The notes under the pieces are model-generated. The model was not told the DNA's origin. It worked only from the letters and a program-made list of their open reading frames with translations, and made no database searches. The translations under genes were made by a program, and so were the position numbers. A stretch of DNA of 63,959 bases, counting the filler, from Licmophora abbreviata (lineage: Eukaryota), in NCBI GenBank assembly GCA_900291995.1. It is 18 parts of 18 records of this genome, joined end to end, with 100 filler letters (N's around TTAATTAATTAA, not from the genome) between each part and the next. Parts side by side here need not be neighbours in the genome. Positions count along the whole stretch, not along the records: positions 48,664 to 51,888 come from OLMU01004721.1; positions 51,989 to 55,314 come from OLMU01004723.1; positions 55,415 to 59,165 come from OLMU01004725.1; positions 59,266 to 62,182 come from OLMU01004728.1; 14 more parts are not named here. One strand, given 5' to 3'. Each line of letters begins with the position of its first letter. Position 1 is the stretch's first letter. Positions 49,261-60,200 of this stretch are shown one piece after another.

Positions 49261-51834
49261 ATGGATATCGTTCTGATCACCACGGTCATTGCCGCGCTTT
49301 TCGTGGTGATCGGCGTGGCCGAGCCTTTGGCGGCGCGGCTGCGGCTGCCTTACAGCGTGATTCTGGCGGTGCTTGGCACGCTGATCGGCGTGGGCGCGAT
49401 CTTTTTCCTGCGCACCGAGTTGACCGATGCGCTCAATCCGGTGGCCGAGGCGATCCTTGGCCTGCCGATCCGCTCGAACGTGTTCCTGTATGTCTTTCTG
49501 CCGACGCTGCTGTTTCAGGCGACGCTTGGCATGAACCTGCGGCGGATGCTGGATGACTGGGTGCCGATCCTTGTTCTGTCGGTGGTGGCGGTGGTCGTGG
49601 CCACGGTGACGGTGGGCTATGCGCTGTCATGGACCAGCGCGCTGCCGCTGGCGGCGTGCCTGCTGATCGGGGCGATCGTGTCGACCACGGACCCGTCGGC
49701 GGTGGTGTCGATCTTTCGGTCGGTATCGGCGCCGCGCCGGCTTGCCCGGATCATCGAGGGTGAGAGCCTGCTGAACGATGCCGCCGCCATTGCGCTGTTC
49801 GGGCTGTTCATGGGCTTCGTGATGCTGGGCGTACCGGACCCGCAACTGAGCGATGCGCTGGCGCAGTTCCCGGTGCTGGTGGCGGGCGGTGCGCTGACCG
49901 GGTGGGTCACGGCGCGGATCGCGGTCTGGATGATGGCGGCGTTCGGGCGTTATGAATTGGCGCAAATCTCGATCTCGGTGGCGCTGCCGTATCTTGCCTA
50001 TATCGGGGCGGAACAGAGCGTCGGCGCGTCGGGTGTGATCGCGGTGGTGACGGCGGGGATCACGCTGAACCTGACGGCGCCGGGGCGACTGCCGCCGCAG
50101 GCCTGGGCCAATATGCGCGAGGTGTGGGGGCTGCTGGCGCATTGGGCCGGGGCGCTGATCTTCATTCTGGCGGCGCTGCTGATCCCGCGCCTTCTGGAAG
50201 AGGTGCGGCTGAGCGATTTCGCGCTTGTGGGCGTGGTCATTCTGGCGGCGACGGCGGCGCGGGCGGTGATCCTGTTCGGGTTCTTGCCGCTGTTGTCGCG
50301 GCTGCGCGTGTCGCCGGTTGTCGAGCGGCCCTATCGCGCCGCGATCCTGTGGGGCGGGCTGCGCGGGGCGGTGACGCTGGCGCTGGCGCTGGCGGTGACT
50401 GAAAGTTTCCGGGTACCGGATGGGATTCAGCGCGTGGTGGGCATTCTGGCCACGGGCTATACGCTGTTCACGCTGCTGGTGCAGGGCACGACGCTGCGGC
50501 TGGTCATCTCGAAGCTGGGGCTGGACCGGCTGTCGGCCATTGATGAGGCGCTGTCACGGCAGGTGGTGGCGGTGGCGCTGCAGACGGTGCGCGAGGATGT
50601 GGCGCGGACCACCGGGAATTACGATCTGGGCCATGAGATCGTGCGCACCGAGGCCAAGCGCTTTGGCGAGCGGCTGGATGCGGCGGTCAAGACCGCCGAG
50701 GAGAGCGCCGATATTCTGGATCGCGACCGGATCACGCTTGGTCTTATCGCGCTGGCGGGGCATGAGCGGGATACGATCATCGTGCGGGTGCGCGAGAGGA
50801 CGATCTCGGCGCGGATGGCCGATCAGGTGTTGTCGGATGCCGACCGGTTGATCGAGGGGGCGAGATCGGCCGGGCGCAGCGGGTATCAGCGCGCTGCCCG
50901 GCGCAGCGTGGCCTATGGTACGGCGTTCCGGGCGGCGTTGCTGCTGCATAACCGGCTGGGCGTGTCGGTGCCGCTTGCCCGGCTGACGGCGGACCGGTTC
51001 GAGCTGTTGCTGACGCAGCGGTTGAGCCTGCGCGATCTGGACGGGTTCATCGATGGGCGGATCCGGCGCATCCACGGGCGGCGGGTGGCCGATCTTCTGC
51101 GCGAGTTGCTGGCGCGGCGGGTCGAGCTTGTCGAGACCGCGCTGGAGGGGCTGAGGCTGCAATATCCCGGCTATGCCGAAAAGCTGGAGCGCCGGTTCAT
51201 CCGCCGCACGGCGCTGCGGCTGGAAGAGCGTGAATATACCGCCATGCGAGAGGATGGGTTGATCGGCGCGGAGGTGCATACCGCGCTGATGCAGGAGGTG
51301 GCCGAGCGGCGCGCCCGCGCCGAAGAGCGCCCCCGGCTGGATATTGCGCTGCAGCGGCGCGAACTGGTAGCGCAGTTTCCGCTGTTTGCAGGTCTGGACG
51401 AGGCGGCGATCCGGCGGCTGAGCCGGGCGCTGCGCACGCGCTATGCCAATGTGGGCGATGTGCTTATGCGCAAGGACAGCCCGGCGCGCAGCGTGTTCTT
51501 CATCGCCTCGGGCGCGGTCGAGCTTGAGGCGGCGGGGCAGACATGGCGTCTGGGGCGCGGCGAGATGTTCGGGGAATTGTCGGTGCTCAAGCGGATGGCC
51601 CGGCGCGCGGAGGCGCGGGCAATCACGCCCTCGGCGCTTCTGGTGCTGGACGAGGCGCGGTTCCGGCGGCTCTTGCGGCGCAGTGCGCGCCTGCGGGAGG
51701 CGGTGCAGGAGAGTGCCGACAAACGCGGCATGAGCATCGACATACCGCCTGCGGCCCGAGGGGGGGCTGAGGGGGTGGAGTGCGGCGCGCCACGGCCTGC
51801 TGGCTTGACACCCCGGCCCCGTCCCCGCATGTAG
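49261..51834 (+). CDS. CPA1 cation:proton antiporter with C-terminal cyclic-nucleotide-binding domain
   Basis: FLP.LLF, STTDPSAV, EGESLLNDA and GLRGAV motifs; C-terminal FFIASGAV...GEMFGELS...R.AEARA. Confidence 0.9.
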   Translation: MDIVLITTVIAALFVVIGVAEPLAARLRLPYSVILAVLGTLIGVGAIFFLRTELTDALNPVAEAILGLPIRSNVFLYVFLPTLLFQATLGMNLRRMLDDWVPILVLSVVAVVVATVTVGYALSWTSALPLAACLLIGAIVSTTDPSAVVSIFRSVSAPRRLARIIEGESLLNDAAAIALFGLFMGFVMLGVPDPQLSDALAQFPVLVAGGALTGWVTARIAVWMMAAFGRYELAQISISVALPYLAYIGAEQSVGASGVIAVVTAGITLNLTAPGRLPPQAWANMREVWGLLAHWAGALIFILAALLIPRLLEEVRLSDFALVGVVILAATAARAVILFGFLPLLSRLRVSPVVERPYRAAILWGGLRGAVTLALALAVTESFRVPDGIQRVVGILATGYTLFTLLVQGTTLRLVISKLGLDRLSAIDEALSRQVVAVALQTVREDVARTTGNYDLGHEIVRTEAKRFGERLDAAVKTAEESADILDRDRITLGLIALAGHERDTIIVRVRERTISARMADQVLSDADRLIEGARSAGRSGYQRAARRSVAYGTAFRAALLLHNRLGVSVPLARLTADRFELLLTQRLSLRDLDGFIDGRIRRIHGRRVADLLRELLARRVELVETALEGLRLQYPGYAEKLERRFIRRTALRLEEREYTAMREDGLIGAEVHTALMQEVAERRARAEERPRLDIALQRRELVAQFPLFAGLDEAAIRRLSRALRTRYANVGDVLMRKDSPARSVFFIASGAVELEAAGQTWRLGRGEMFGELSVLKRMARRAEARAITPSALLVLDEARFRRLLRRSARLREAVQESADKRGMSIDIPPAARGGAEGVECGAPRPAGLTPRPRPRM
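51804..51833 (+). promoter_or_regulatory. candidate sigma70 promoter for lepB-rnc-era
   Basis: CTTGACA-N17-CATGTA ending 28 nt before the lepB ATG. Confidence 0.4.
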
Positions 51835-51860
51835 CGCGAAGAGATAGCGGAGGACGCCAC

Positions 51861-52094
51861 ATGGCCGCCGAAGGCAAGACATCAAGCTNNNNNNNNNNNN
51901 NNNNNNNNNNNNNNNNNNNNNNNNNNNNNNNNTTAATTAATTAANNNNNNNNNNNNNNNNNNNNNNNNNNNNNNNNNNNNNNNNNNNNAAACCTGATCGG
52001 GCGCGCGGGGCGGGTGATGTTCTCGTCGGCAGGCAGCTCGATGCTGTTTTTCTGGACATGGCGTGGCGATCGCTTTTTCGAGAAACTGGACTGA
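51861..52094 (+). CDS. lepB: signal peptidase I (mostly in gap)
   Basis: ATG after GGAGG; C-terminus [15 protein letters not shown]...WTWRGDRFF; position upstream of rnc. Confidence 0.8.
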
Positions 52095-52101
52095 CGAAAG
52101 A

Positions 52102-52785
52102 ATGAAGCTGTCGGCGGAGTTGAAGGCATTCGAGGAGCGGTTGGGACACCGGTTCGAGCAGCCTGCGCTGCTGGTGCGGGCGGTGACGCATTCCTCGATG
52201 GCGTCGCCGACGCGCGATGACAATCAGCGGCTGGAGTTTCTGGGCGACCGGGTGCTGGGGCTGGTGATGGCCGAGGCGCTGCTGGAGCGGGACCGATCCG
52301 CCGAAGAGGGGCTGCTGGCGCCGCGCTTCAACGCGCTGGTGCGCAAGGAGGCCTGTGCCGACGTGGCCCGCGAGATCGCGCTTGGCGATGTGCTCAAGCT
52401 GGGGCGCTCGGAGATGCTGTCGGGCGGACGGCGCAAGCAGGCCTTGCTGGGCGATGCGATGGAGGCGGTGATTGCCGCGGTCTATCGCGATGCGGGCTTC
52501 GACGTGGCCAAGGCCGTGGTGCTGCGGCTGTGGGGCCGCCGGATCGACAGCGTCAAGGAAGACGCCCGCGACGCCAAGACCGCCTTGCAGGAATGGGCGC
52601 AGGCGCGCGGCCAGACGCCACCCGCCTATGTGGAGACGGCCCGTTCGGGCCCGGACCACGCGCCGCAATTCACCATCGAGGCCCGGCTTCAGAACGGCGA
52701 GGTCGAGACGGCCAGCGCCGGATCGAAGCGGCAGGCCGAACAGGCGGCCGCCAAGGCGCTGCTGGCGCGGCTGAAGACGGGCTGA
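52102..52785 (+). CDS. rnc: ribonuclease III
   Basis: [24 protein letters not shown] and ds[12 protein letters not shown]. Confidence 0.96.
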   Translation: MKLSAELKAFEERLGHRFEQPALLVRAVTHSSMASPTRDDNQRLEFLGDRVLGLVMAEALLERDRSAEEGLLAPRFNALVRKEACADVAREIALGDVLKLGRSEMLSGGRRKQALLGDAMEAVIAAVYRDAGFDVAKAVVLRLWGRRIDSVKEDARDAKTALQEWAQARGQTPPAYVETARSGPDHAPQFTIEARLQNGEVETASAGSKRQAEQAAAKALLARLKTG

Positions 52786-52903
52786 GACCGTCGGGGTCGA
52801 TGCCTTGCCCTTGCAAGGGCCAGTCGACAAGAGAGGCGATCTGGCTGGTGCGGGGAGGCGAATTCCGGTATCTCCCGGGAAAACCATTGTAGCGGACCCC
52901 CTG

Positions 52904-53812
52904 ATGACCACACGCGCCGGATTCATTGCCCTGATCGGAGAGCCCAATGCGGGCAAATCCTCGCTTCTCAACCGGATGGTGGGAGCGAAGGTCAGTATCG
53001 TGACCCACAAGGTACAGACCACCCGCGCCCGTATCCGGGGGGTGGCGATGGAGGGCGAGAGCCAGTTGGTTTTCGTCGACACGCCCGGTCTGTTCCAGCC
53101 GCGCCGGAGGCTGGATCGGGCGATGGTCGCCGCCGCATGGGGCGGGGCTGCGGATGCGGATGTGATCGTGTTGCTGATCGAGGCGCATCGCGGGATTACC
53201 GAGGGCGTGGAGCGCATTCTCGAACGCCTGCAGGATGTCGGCAAGGGGCGCACCGTGGCACTGGCCATCAACAAGATCGACCGGGTGAAATCCGAGGCGC
53301 TGCTTGGGCTGACACAGGATCTCAATGCGCGGTTCAGCTTTGCGAAGACCTTCATGATTTCCGCCGAACGCGGCCACGGGGTCGAGGATCTGCGCAAATG
53401 GCTGGCCGAACAGGTGCCTGAGGGGCCGTGGCTCTATCCGGAGGATCAGATCGCCGATCTGCCGATGCGCATGATCGCCGCCGAGATCACCCGCGAAAAG
53501 CTGACCCTGCGGCTGCATCAGGAATTGCCCTATCAGCTGACGGTCGAGACCGAAGCCTGGGAAGAGCGCGAGGACGGCTCGGCGCGGATCGACCAGATCA
53601 TCTATGTGATGCGTGACGGTCACAAGGGGATCATCCTTGGCAAGGGCGGCGAGACGATCAAGGCGGTGAGCAAGGCGGCACGAGAGGAGCTTGAAGAGTT
53701 CCTTGGCCGCCGCGTGCATCTGTTTTGCCAGATAAAAGTACGGCCCAACTGGCTGGACGAGGCGGAACGCTATTCCGAGATGGGGCTGGATTTCCGGGAC
53801 GGCAACGCGTGA
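52904..53812 (+). CDS. era: GTPase Era
   Basis: GEPNAGKS, QTTR, DTPG, NKID and KH-domain ILGKGG motifs. Confidence 0.96.
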   Translation: MTTRAGFIALIGEPNAGKSSLLNRMVGAKVSIVTHKVQTTRARIRGVAMEGESQLVFVDTPGLFQPRRRLDRAMVAAAWGGAADADVIVLLIEAHRGITEGVERILERLQDVGKGRTVALAINKIDRVKSEALLGLTQDLNARFSFAKTFMISAERGHGVEDLRKWLAEQVPEGPWLYPEDQIADLPMRMIAAEITREKLTLRLHQELPYQLTVETEAWEEREDGSARIDQIIYVMRDGHKGIILGKGGETIKAVSKAAREELEEFLGRRVHLFCQIKVRPNWLDEAERYSEMGLDFRDGNA

Positions 53813-54141
53813 CGCGACTGACGGCGGAGTTCTGGGTTCAGGCTTATCTCACGCGGTTGCGGCTGCGCGATATCCCGGCCTTTGTCACGGCGCATGGCGA
53901 TGACACCGCAGGCGCCGTTCTGGTCAAGCTGAACACCTTGGACGGGCGGGCCGCCGCGTATCAGCGGGCGTTCGATGTGATGAGCGATGCGCGGCACTGG
54001 CTGGTGCTGGCAGAGGGCGAGGAAAGCGCGGTGGATGCCGCGATTGCGCTGCAGCGCGGGTTCGATCCCGATCTGTGGGTGATCGAGGTCGAGGATCGGG
54101 CGGGCCGGCATCTGCTGGATGATGAGGGTCTTGCCGACTGA
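53809..54141 (+). CDS. DUF1491-family protein
   Basis: GTG start overlapping era stop; FWVQAY, GDDTAGAV and FDPDLWVIEVED motifs. Confidence 0.85.
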   Translation: MTRLTAEFWVQAYLTRLRLRDIPAFVTAHGDDTAGAVLVKLNTLDGRAAAYQRAFDVMSDARHWLVLAEGEESAVDAAIALQRGFDPDLWVIEVEDRAGRHLLDDEGLAD

Positions 54142-54147
54142 GCGGCG

Positions 54148-54161
54148 TTGATGCGCGTCAA
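54148..54161. promoter_or_regulatory. FNR/FnrL-type binding site
   Basis: TTGAT-GCGC-GTCAA (one mismatch to TTGAT-N4-ATCAA) about 60 nt upstream of the usp ATG. Confidence 0.65.
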
Positions 54162-54221
54162 CGCGAAGGGTGGGGGGTGATGTCTATTCTGCGGGCCGAG
54201 ACCTGACAGGGAGACAGACCC

Positions 54222-54749
54222 ATGAAAACTCATATTTTCGTAGCGACCGATGGATCGGACACGGCCGCGAAGGCGGTCGATCTGGCCGCCGATCTGGCGG
54301 CGCGGTATGACCTGCCCCTGACGATCGGGCATGTGCTGCATTTCGGCCGCCCTTCGGAGGAATTGCAGCGCATGGCCCATGTCGAGCATATGATCGAGGA
54401 GGTGCGCGCCAAGTCGAGCGTGGATTTTCCCAATGTGCCCGATACGATGCTGGGCCTGTTCGCCGAGACAAGACCGGGGGAGGATGCCGTGCGGCTCGTC
54501 ACGCTTGTGGGCGACGAGATCCTGCGCCGGGCCGCCGATCAGGCGGCGAATATGGGAGCGACGAAGATCAAGACGATGTCGTCGCAGGGGGATACGGCGG
54601 ATACCATTCTGGACATGGCCAAAGAGGCCGGGGCCGACATGATCGTGATCGGCCATCGGGGACTGGGGCGGCTCAAGCGCGCATGGTTGGGCAGCGTGGC
54701 GCAAAAGGTGCTGAACACCGCCGATTGCACGGTCGTGTCGGTGCGGTGA
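54222..54749 (+). CDS. universal stress protein
   Basis: IFVATDGS and DMIVIGHRG...LGSVAQKV motifs. Confidence 0.92.
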   Translation: MKTHIFVATDGSDTAAKAVDLAADLAARYDLPLTIGHVLHFGRPSEELQRMAHVEHMIEEVRAKSSVDFPNVPDTMLGLFAETRPGEDAVRLVTLVGDEILRRAADQAANMGATKIKTMSSQGDTADTILDMAKEAGADMIVIGHRGLGRLKRAWLGSVAQKVLNTADCTVVSVR

Positions 54750-54849
54750 GCCGGTCTTGTCCCTTGGCGGCGGGGCCGGGACTTGGCAAGGGGCGGCTTC
54801 TGGTGTCGTATGGCGTCTGGCACAGGCAGGGGCGGGCGCAAGAGCGGAC

Positions 54850-55314
54850 ATGGAATGGCGCGATCAGGGCATATTGCTGTCTTCGCGGACGCATGGCGAA
54901 ACTTCGGTCATCATCGAGGTCTTTACGCCCGACCACGGGCGGCACGCAGGTGTTGTGCGCGGTGGCACGTCGCGCAAGCTGGCGCCGGTGCTGCAACCGG
55001 GAGCGCAGCTTGACCTGAGATGGCGCGCAAGGCTTGAGGATCATATCGGCACCTTCACGGTCGAGCCGGTCAGATCGCGCGCGGCAGCGTCGATGGGCGA
55101 CCGGCTGTCGCTGGCGGGGCTGAACGCGGTGACGGCGCTGTTGCTGTTCTGCCTGCCGGACCGCGAGGCGCATGGGCGGCTGTACCGCAGGACCGAGGCG
55201 CTGCTGGATCTGCTGGGGCAGAGGGATGTGTGGCCGCTGGCCTATCTCAACTGGGAGATGGCGCTGCTGGACGAGATGGGCTTCGGGCTGGACCTGAGCG
55301 GGTGCGCGGTGATG
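54850..55314 (+). CDS. recO: DNA repair protein RecO (3' part in gap)
   Basis: MEWRDQG, HGE...FT..HGR..GVVRGG and [13 protein letters not shown] motifs. Confidence 0.93.
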
Positions 55315-55616
55315 NNNNNNNNNNNNNNNNNNNNNNNNNNNNNNNNNNNNNNNNNNNNTTAATTAATTAANNNNNNNNNNNNNNNNNNNNNNNNNNNNNN
55401 NNNNNNNNNNNNNNCGTCAAGCTGGCAGCTTTGGGGGCTGATTTGAAACATTTACAGATAAAAATTGTTACAAGAGCCGGCTTTTCGGGGTCTGTAGCAG
55501 ATTTTAGATGACATTTTGTCACAGGGCCGTGATGCGCACATCTGCACGTGGCGCCGCCTGCGTATCCCTTTCCAACATGTCGATCGACATGGACACAGTA
55601 AAAGGTAGACGGAAAC

Positions 55617-56132
55617 ATGACATCAATTCGTAGCTTCGCCGCAGTGGCCGCAACCGCACTCAGCCTCGGCACCGCCGCAAACGCCGCCAATATCGTCGAG
55701 ATTGCCTCGGGTGACGAGCGGTTCTCGACCCTCGTGGCAGCCGTCAGCGCCGCAGGCCTGGTCGAAACCCTGCAAGGCCCCGGTCCCTTCACCGTTTATG
55801 CGCCGGTCAATGACGCCTTTGCCGCGCTGCCCGAAGGCACAGTGGAAACGCTGCTGCAGCCCGAGAACAAGGGCCAGCTGACCAATGTTCTGCTCTATCA
55901 TGTCGATGATCGCAAACTGACCGCAGAGATGATCCCGCACGGCTCGAACTTCTTCAAGCCGGTTCTGGCTTCAGAGCGCCTGTGCATCACAAGGGATGCC
56001 GCGGGTGTGAGCATCGCCGACGGCACCGGGACCAGCGCCAATGTGGTGATTGCGAACATCCAAGCCGACAATGGTGTGATCCACGTGATCGACAAGGTCC
56101 TGCTGCCCGGTACGCGCCCGGCCTGTCACTGA
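55617..56132 (+). CDS. secreted fasciclin (FAS1) domain protein
   Basis: Signal peptide; FTVYAPVNDAF, LLYHV and NGVIHVIDKVL motifs. Confidence 0.93.
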   Translation: MTSIRSFAAVAATALSLGTAANAANIVEIASGDERFSTLVAAVSAAGLVETLQGPGPFTVYAPVNDAFAALPEGTVETLLQPENKGQLTNVLLYHVDDRKLTAEMIPHGSNFFKPVLASERLCITRDAAGVSIADGTGTSANVVIANIQADNGVIHVIDKVLLPGTRPACH

Positions 56133-56149
56133 TCCGGCTTCCACGACAC

Positions 56150-56183
56150 AAAAGGCCCCGGACCTGCCGGGGCCTTTCTTTTT
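56150..56183 (+). terminator. intrinsic terminator
   Basis: aaaggccccgg-acctg-ccggggcctttcttttt. Confidence 0.85.
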
Positions 56184-57224
56184 GCGGCAAGGAGCGTCAA
56201 GCAGCATCCGCGGCTTTGGCGCGGCCCATTCCTTGTCCAACTGCCCTTTCCGGCTCTCCCCTTTGGCAGCATTGGTCTTGAGCGCTGCATGACCCGGTTC
56301 ATATGCGACATCTTTCCGGCGGGTATTGAAGGCGGAATTTTGGCAGGCTGCCCGATTCGGGAGGGGAGCTTGTCTCTAATTCGTGTCCGATCCGGTCGGG
56401 TTCGGATGGATTGATTACCGGTCAAAAACCCAGCATGGCCGGAAGGATGCGAGTTCGGTGGGGGTTTGACGTGGAATCTGCAAACAAGGTTAATGTTTCG
56501 AAATAAGAAACGAATTCACCCTGTGGTTGTTGGTGAATTTTCCCTAAATTCATGTAAATGCTTTGTTTGCGGGGCTTTCGCTCGTGAGCTCTGTTGACGG
56601 ATGGTCGACAGTGCCCTTGGGGAAGGTATCCGACAGCCGTTCCGGAATTGGCTTTTTGCGGTCACTTGACAATATGTTGCCGGTTTTCAGACAAAATTCC
56701 CTTTGTTTTGATCACCAGACTGAGTAAAACAAGTTTGCCCAACTGGGGGGCGAAGTCTGCGGTCAAGGGGGCGACCTTGAGCTGTTCCACGTCTGGCAAG
56801 ACGTCTAGGTAACGCGCTTTTTCGGTGTGTAGCAACCCCGTATGCGTGTCGCACCTGGCGCCTTTTCCAATCGCGGGATGAGATTCGGTTGCGTCTGGCG
56901 GTGTGTCTGATTCCTCCGAAGTTGTGTGTGTGGTGTTGGTGCCGCTGTTGTCGGAGTGCGAGATTTGAGTCTGGTTGTGTATAATGTCGTCGGGCGTGCC
57001 GTGAGCGGCACCCAAGACAAACCATCCCTACATTCCAATGAGGTCTCTGCCGACGCGACAGGCGTTTCGGTCGGCGCTGCACGTCGTGGCATGGGTGCGT
57101 CCCTGCCTGACGGGATCGGACAGCACCGGGGTGCGAAGTCTCTTTGTGCTGAACATCAGGCGTTCAAGCGCCCCGGATCGGCAATTTCTGCAGCATCCGC
57201 ATTTATTGGTAAGGAGTTTTAATC

Positions 57225-60200
57225 ATGGCACAGATCCTTGGCCGCGTCGTTGACGATACCAATCTCGATTTCACCGAAAATAACGGCAGCGGCGGTTTCG
57301 ATACCGGCATTCCCGGCATTCAGATTACGCTTCTGGATCGGTTCGGGACCGTTTTGCAGACGACCTTTACGGATGCGAATGGCAATTACATCTTCACCGG
57401 TGTGCAGGTCGGAGAATACCGCATTCTGGTTCCCCAAGAGCTTGGTGACCGCACACTGGCGGAAAAGGGTGTTGGTGGAGACACTGCTGCCGACAGCGAT
57501 GCAAATCCCAACGGTCTGACCGATGTCCTTGTCATCTCGGACATCAACCAAAGCCTTGAAGAGGTGGACTTTATCTATGGCGTCTACCCCGATCAGATCG
57601 TGGATGGCACCAATGATGGCGATCTGATCGCGGTCGGCCAATTTACCGACAGCGACAGCGACGTTGTGACCTTTGGTAACGATACCATACTGGGCAATGG
57701 CGGTGATGACCAGATTTTCGCATCCACCGGCAACGACCTTGCCGAGGGTGGCACGGGGCAGGATTTCGTTGCGGGCGAAGGCGGCAATGACACCTTGTTC
57801 GGGGACAATTCTGATGGACGGGTGGGCGAGGGGCTGCCGAACCTGATCGTCAACGGTTCGTTCGAGGATACCACGGGGCTGACGGCAGAGTCCTTTGGCT
57901 TCACGGGGGCGGGCGCGGTCCCCGGCTGGACGGCCATTGACCCGACCGACACGCTGGAAGTCTACAACGTCAACAGCGAAGCAGTGAACGAAGGCGGCAC
58001 GGTCGCAAGCGACGGCTCCAACGCGCTTGATATGGGGGAATCCCCCGGCAATATCGGCATTTTCCAGGATGTTCCGAACCTTTTGGCGGGCGAAATCTAT
58101 CGCCTGAGCTTTGATCTCTACGATTCGCCGAGCTTGCCGAATACAGGCTCGAGTTCGAACGCGATCGAGGTGTTCTTCGGAGGCCAGTCGGTCGGCGTCT
58201 TCAACCCTGAGAACAATGCGCAATGGCAGACCTTTGGGGCAAATCTTGTCGGCGGTTCGGGCAATGGCAGTGACCGGCTTGAATTTCGGGGCCTTGGCCC
58301 CGAGGATGACATCGGCGTTGGCCTTGACAACATCATGCTGCAGCCGTTTTCGGCACCGGCGATTGACGCCGCGCTGGCCACCACCTCGGGTGATGGGCTT
58401 GATGGCGGCGCGGGCGATGATCTTTTGGTGGGCGGCGTTGGCGACGACAATATCGTCGGCGGTGACGGCAACGATACGATCTTTGGCGACAATGGCGATT
58501 CTGGCACCCGTGTCTTCGGCTTCGAAACCCCGCCGAACCTGATCTACAACGGGTCGTTCGAGAATTTCGACGGCTTGCGGGAAACGCCGACCGGCTTTGC
58601 CGGTGATGGGGCGGTTCCGGGCTGGATCACCGTCGAGCCCAATCAGGCAATCGAGATCTTCAACTTCAACCCAGAAACGCCGGTGGCGGCCTCCGATGGC
58701 GATTTCGCCCTGGATATGGGCGCCTCGCCGGGCAACATCACCGTCTTCCAGGATGTCCAGAATCTGGCGGCGGGCGAAACCTACCGGCTGTCCTTTGATT
58801 TGTCGGATTCCGTCAATCTCGTGGACACCGGACCCGGTTCGAACGCGATTGAGGTTTTCTTCGGGAACCAATCTCTGGGCGTATTTAACCCCGACAATGG
58901 GGTTGGTTTCCAAAGCTTCAGCGTGGATGTGGTTGCCGGAGCAGGCGATGGCAGTGACCGGCTGCAATTCGTTGGCCTTGGCACTGTCGACAATATCGGT
59001 GTCGCTCTCGACAATGTTCAACTGGTGCCAACTTCCGACGCCGGGCTTGAGGCCGCACTGACGGCGAATGCCGGGAATGACACGATCTTTGGGGACGCGG
59101 GCGACGACCTTATCTATGGCAACGCGGGTGATGACGTTATCTCGGGAGGTGACGGAAACGACACGNNNNNNNNNNNNNNNNNNNNNNNNNNNNNNNNNNN
59201 NNNNNNNNNTTAATTAATTAANNNNNNNNNNNNNNNNNNNNNNNNNNNNNNNNNNNNNNNNNNNNCTGGCCGGGGCTGGCAATGACACGATCGCGGCCGG
59301 TGACGGCAATGACAGCGTCGATGCAGGCACCGGCGATGATTTCGTCGATGCCGGGGCAGGGGCCGACAGCGTCGATGGCGGCGATGGCAATGATGATCTG
59401 CGCGGTGGCACCGATAACGACACGATCCTTGGCGGTGCTGGGGATGATTTCATTGACGGCGACGCGGGCGACGACCAGATCTTTGCAGGCGACGGCAACG
59501 ATGATCTGCGCGGCAGCGAAGGCGAGGATTTCATCGACGGTGGTGCTGGCAACGACAATATCCTCGGCGAAGAGGACAACGACGATCTGCGCGGTGGCGA
59601 CGGTGACGATACTCTGTTCGGCGGCATCGGCGACGACTTCCTTGATGGCGACGCGGGCAACGATCAGGTCTTTGGCGGCGACGGCAACGACGACATGCGT
59701 GGCAGCGAAGGCAACGATCTGCTGGATGGCGGCGCGGGCAATGATACCCTTCTGGGCGAGGAGGGGTCGGATACCCTGACTGGCGGCGAAGGGGCTGATT
59801 CTCTGGACGGCGGTCTGGGCGACGACAACCTTGTGGTCGGCGCAGGTGACATCGCGACGGGCGGTGACGGCGACGACGTGTTCACCGTGGACCCGATGCT
59901 GACGGGCACGGATCCGATCACGGTGGTCGGCGGCGAGACCGGCGAGGATCTGACCGATCCAACCAATGGCGGTGACGGCGATGTGCTGGATCTGACCGGT
60001 CTGGATGTGGTCTCGGTCACCTATGACGAGACCGATCCGACCTTCGATCCGGTGACCGGTGTCGGGGAAAGCGGCACGGTTGTGTTCAACAATGACGCTG
60101 GCGATCCGGTCACCCTCAATTTCAGCGAGATCGAGACGGTGATCTTCGATCCGCTGGCCGATGGGGTGGTGGACGGAACCGCGGGCGATGATTCGCTGCC

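Noticed and set aside
51756..51834. Unusual Pro/Arg-rich C-terminal tail of the antiporter
   Set aside because: It follows a G7 homopolymer where one extra G would give an immediate TGA, and it overlaps the likely lepB promoter. A sequencing slip is more likely than a domain.
56662..57222. Short ORFs in the RTX upstream region
   Set aside because: Atypical codon usage, no RBS and no recognisable motifs.
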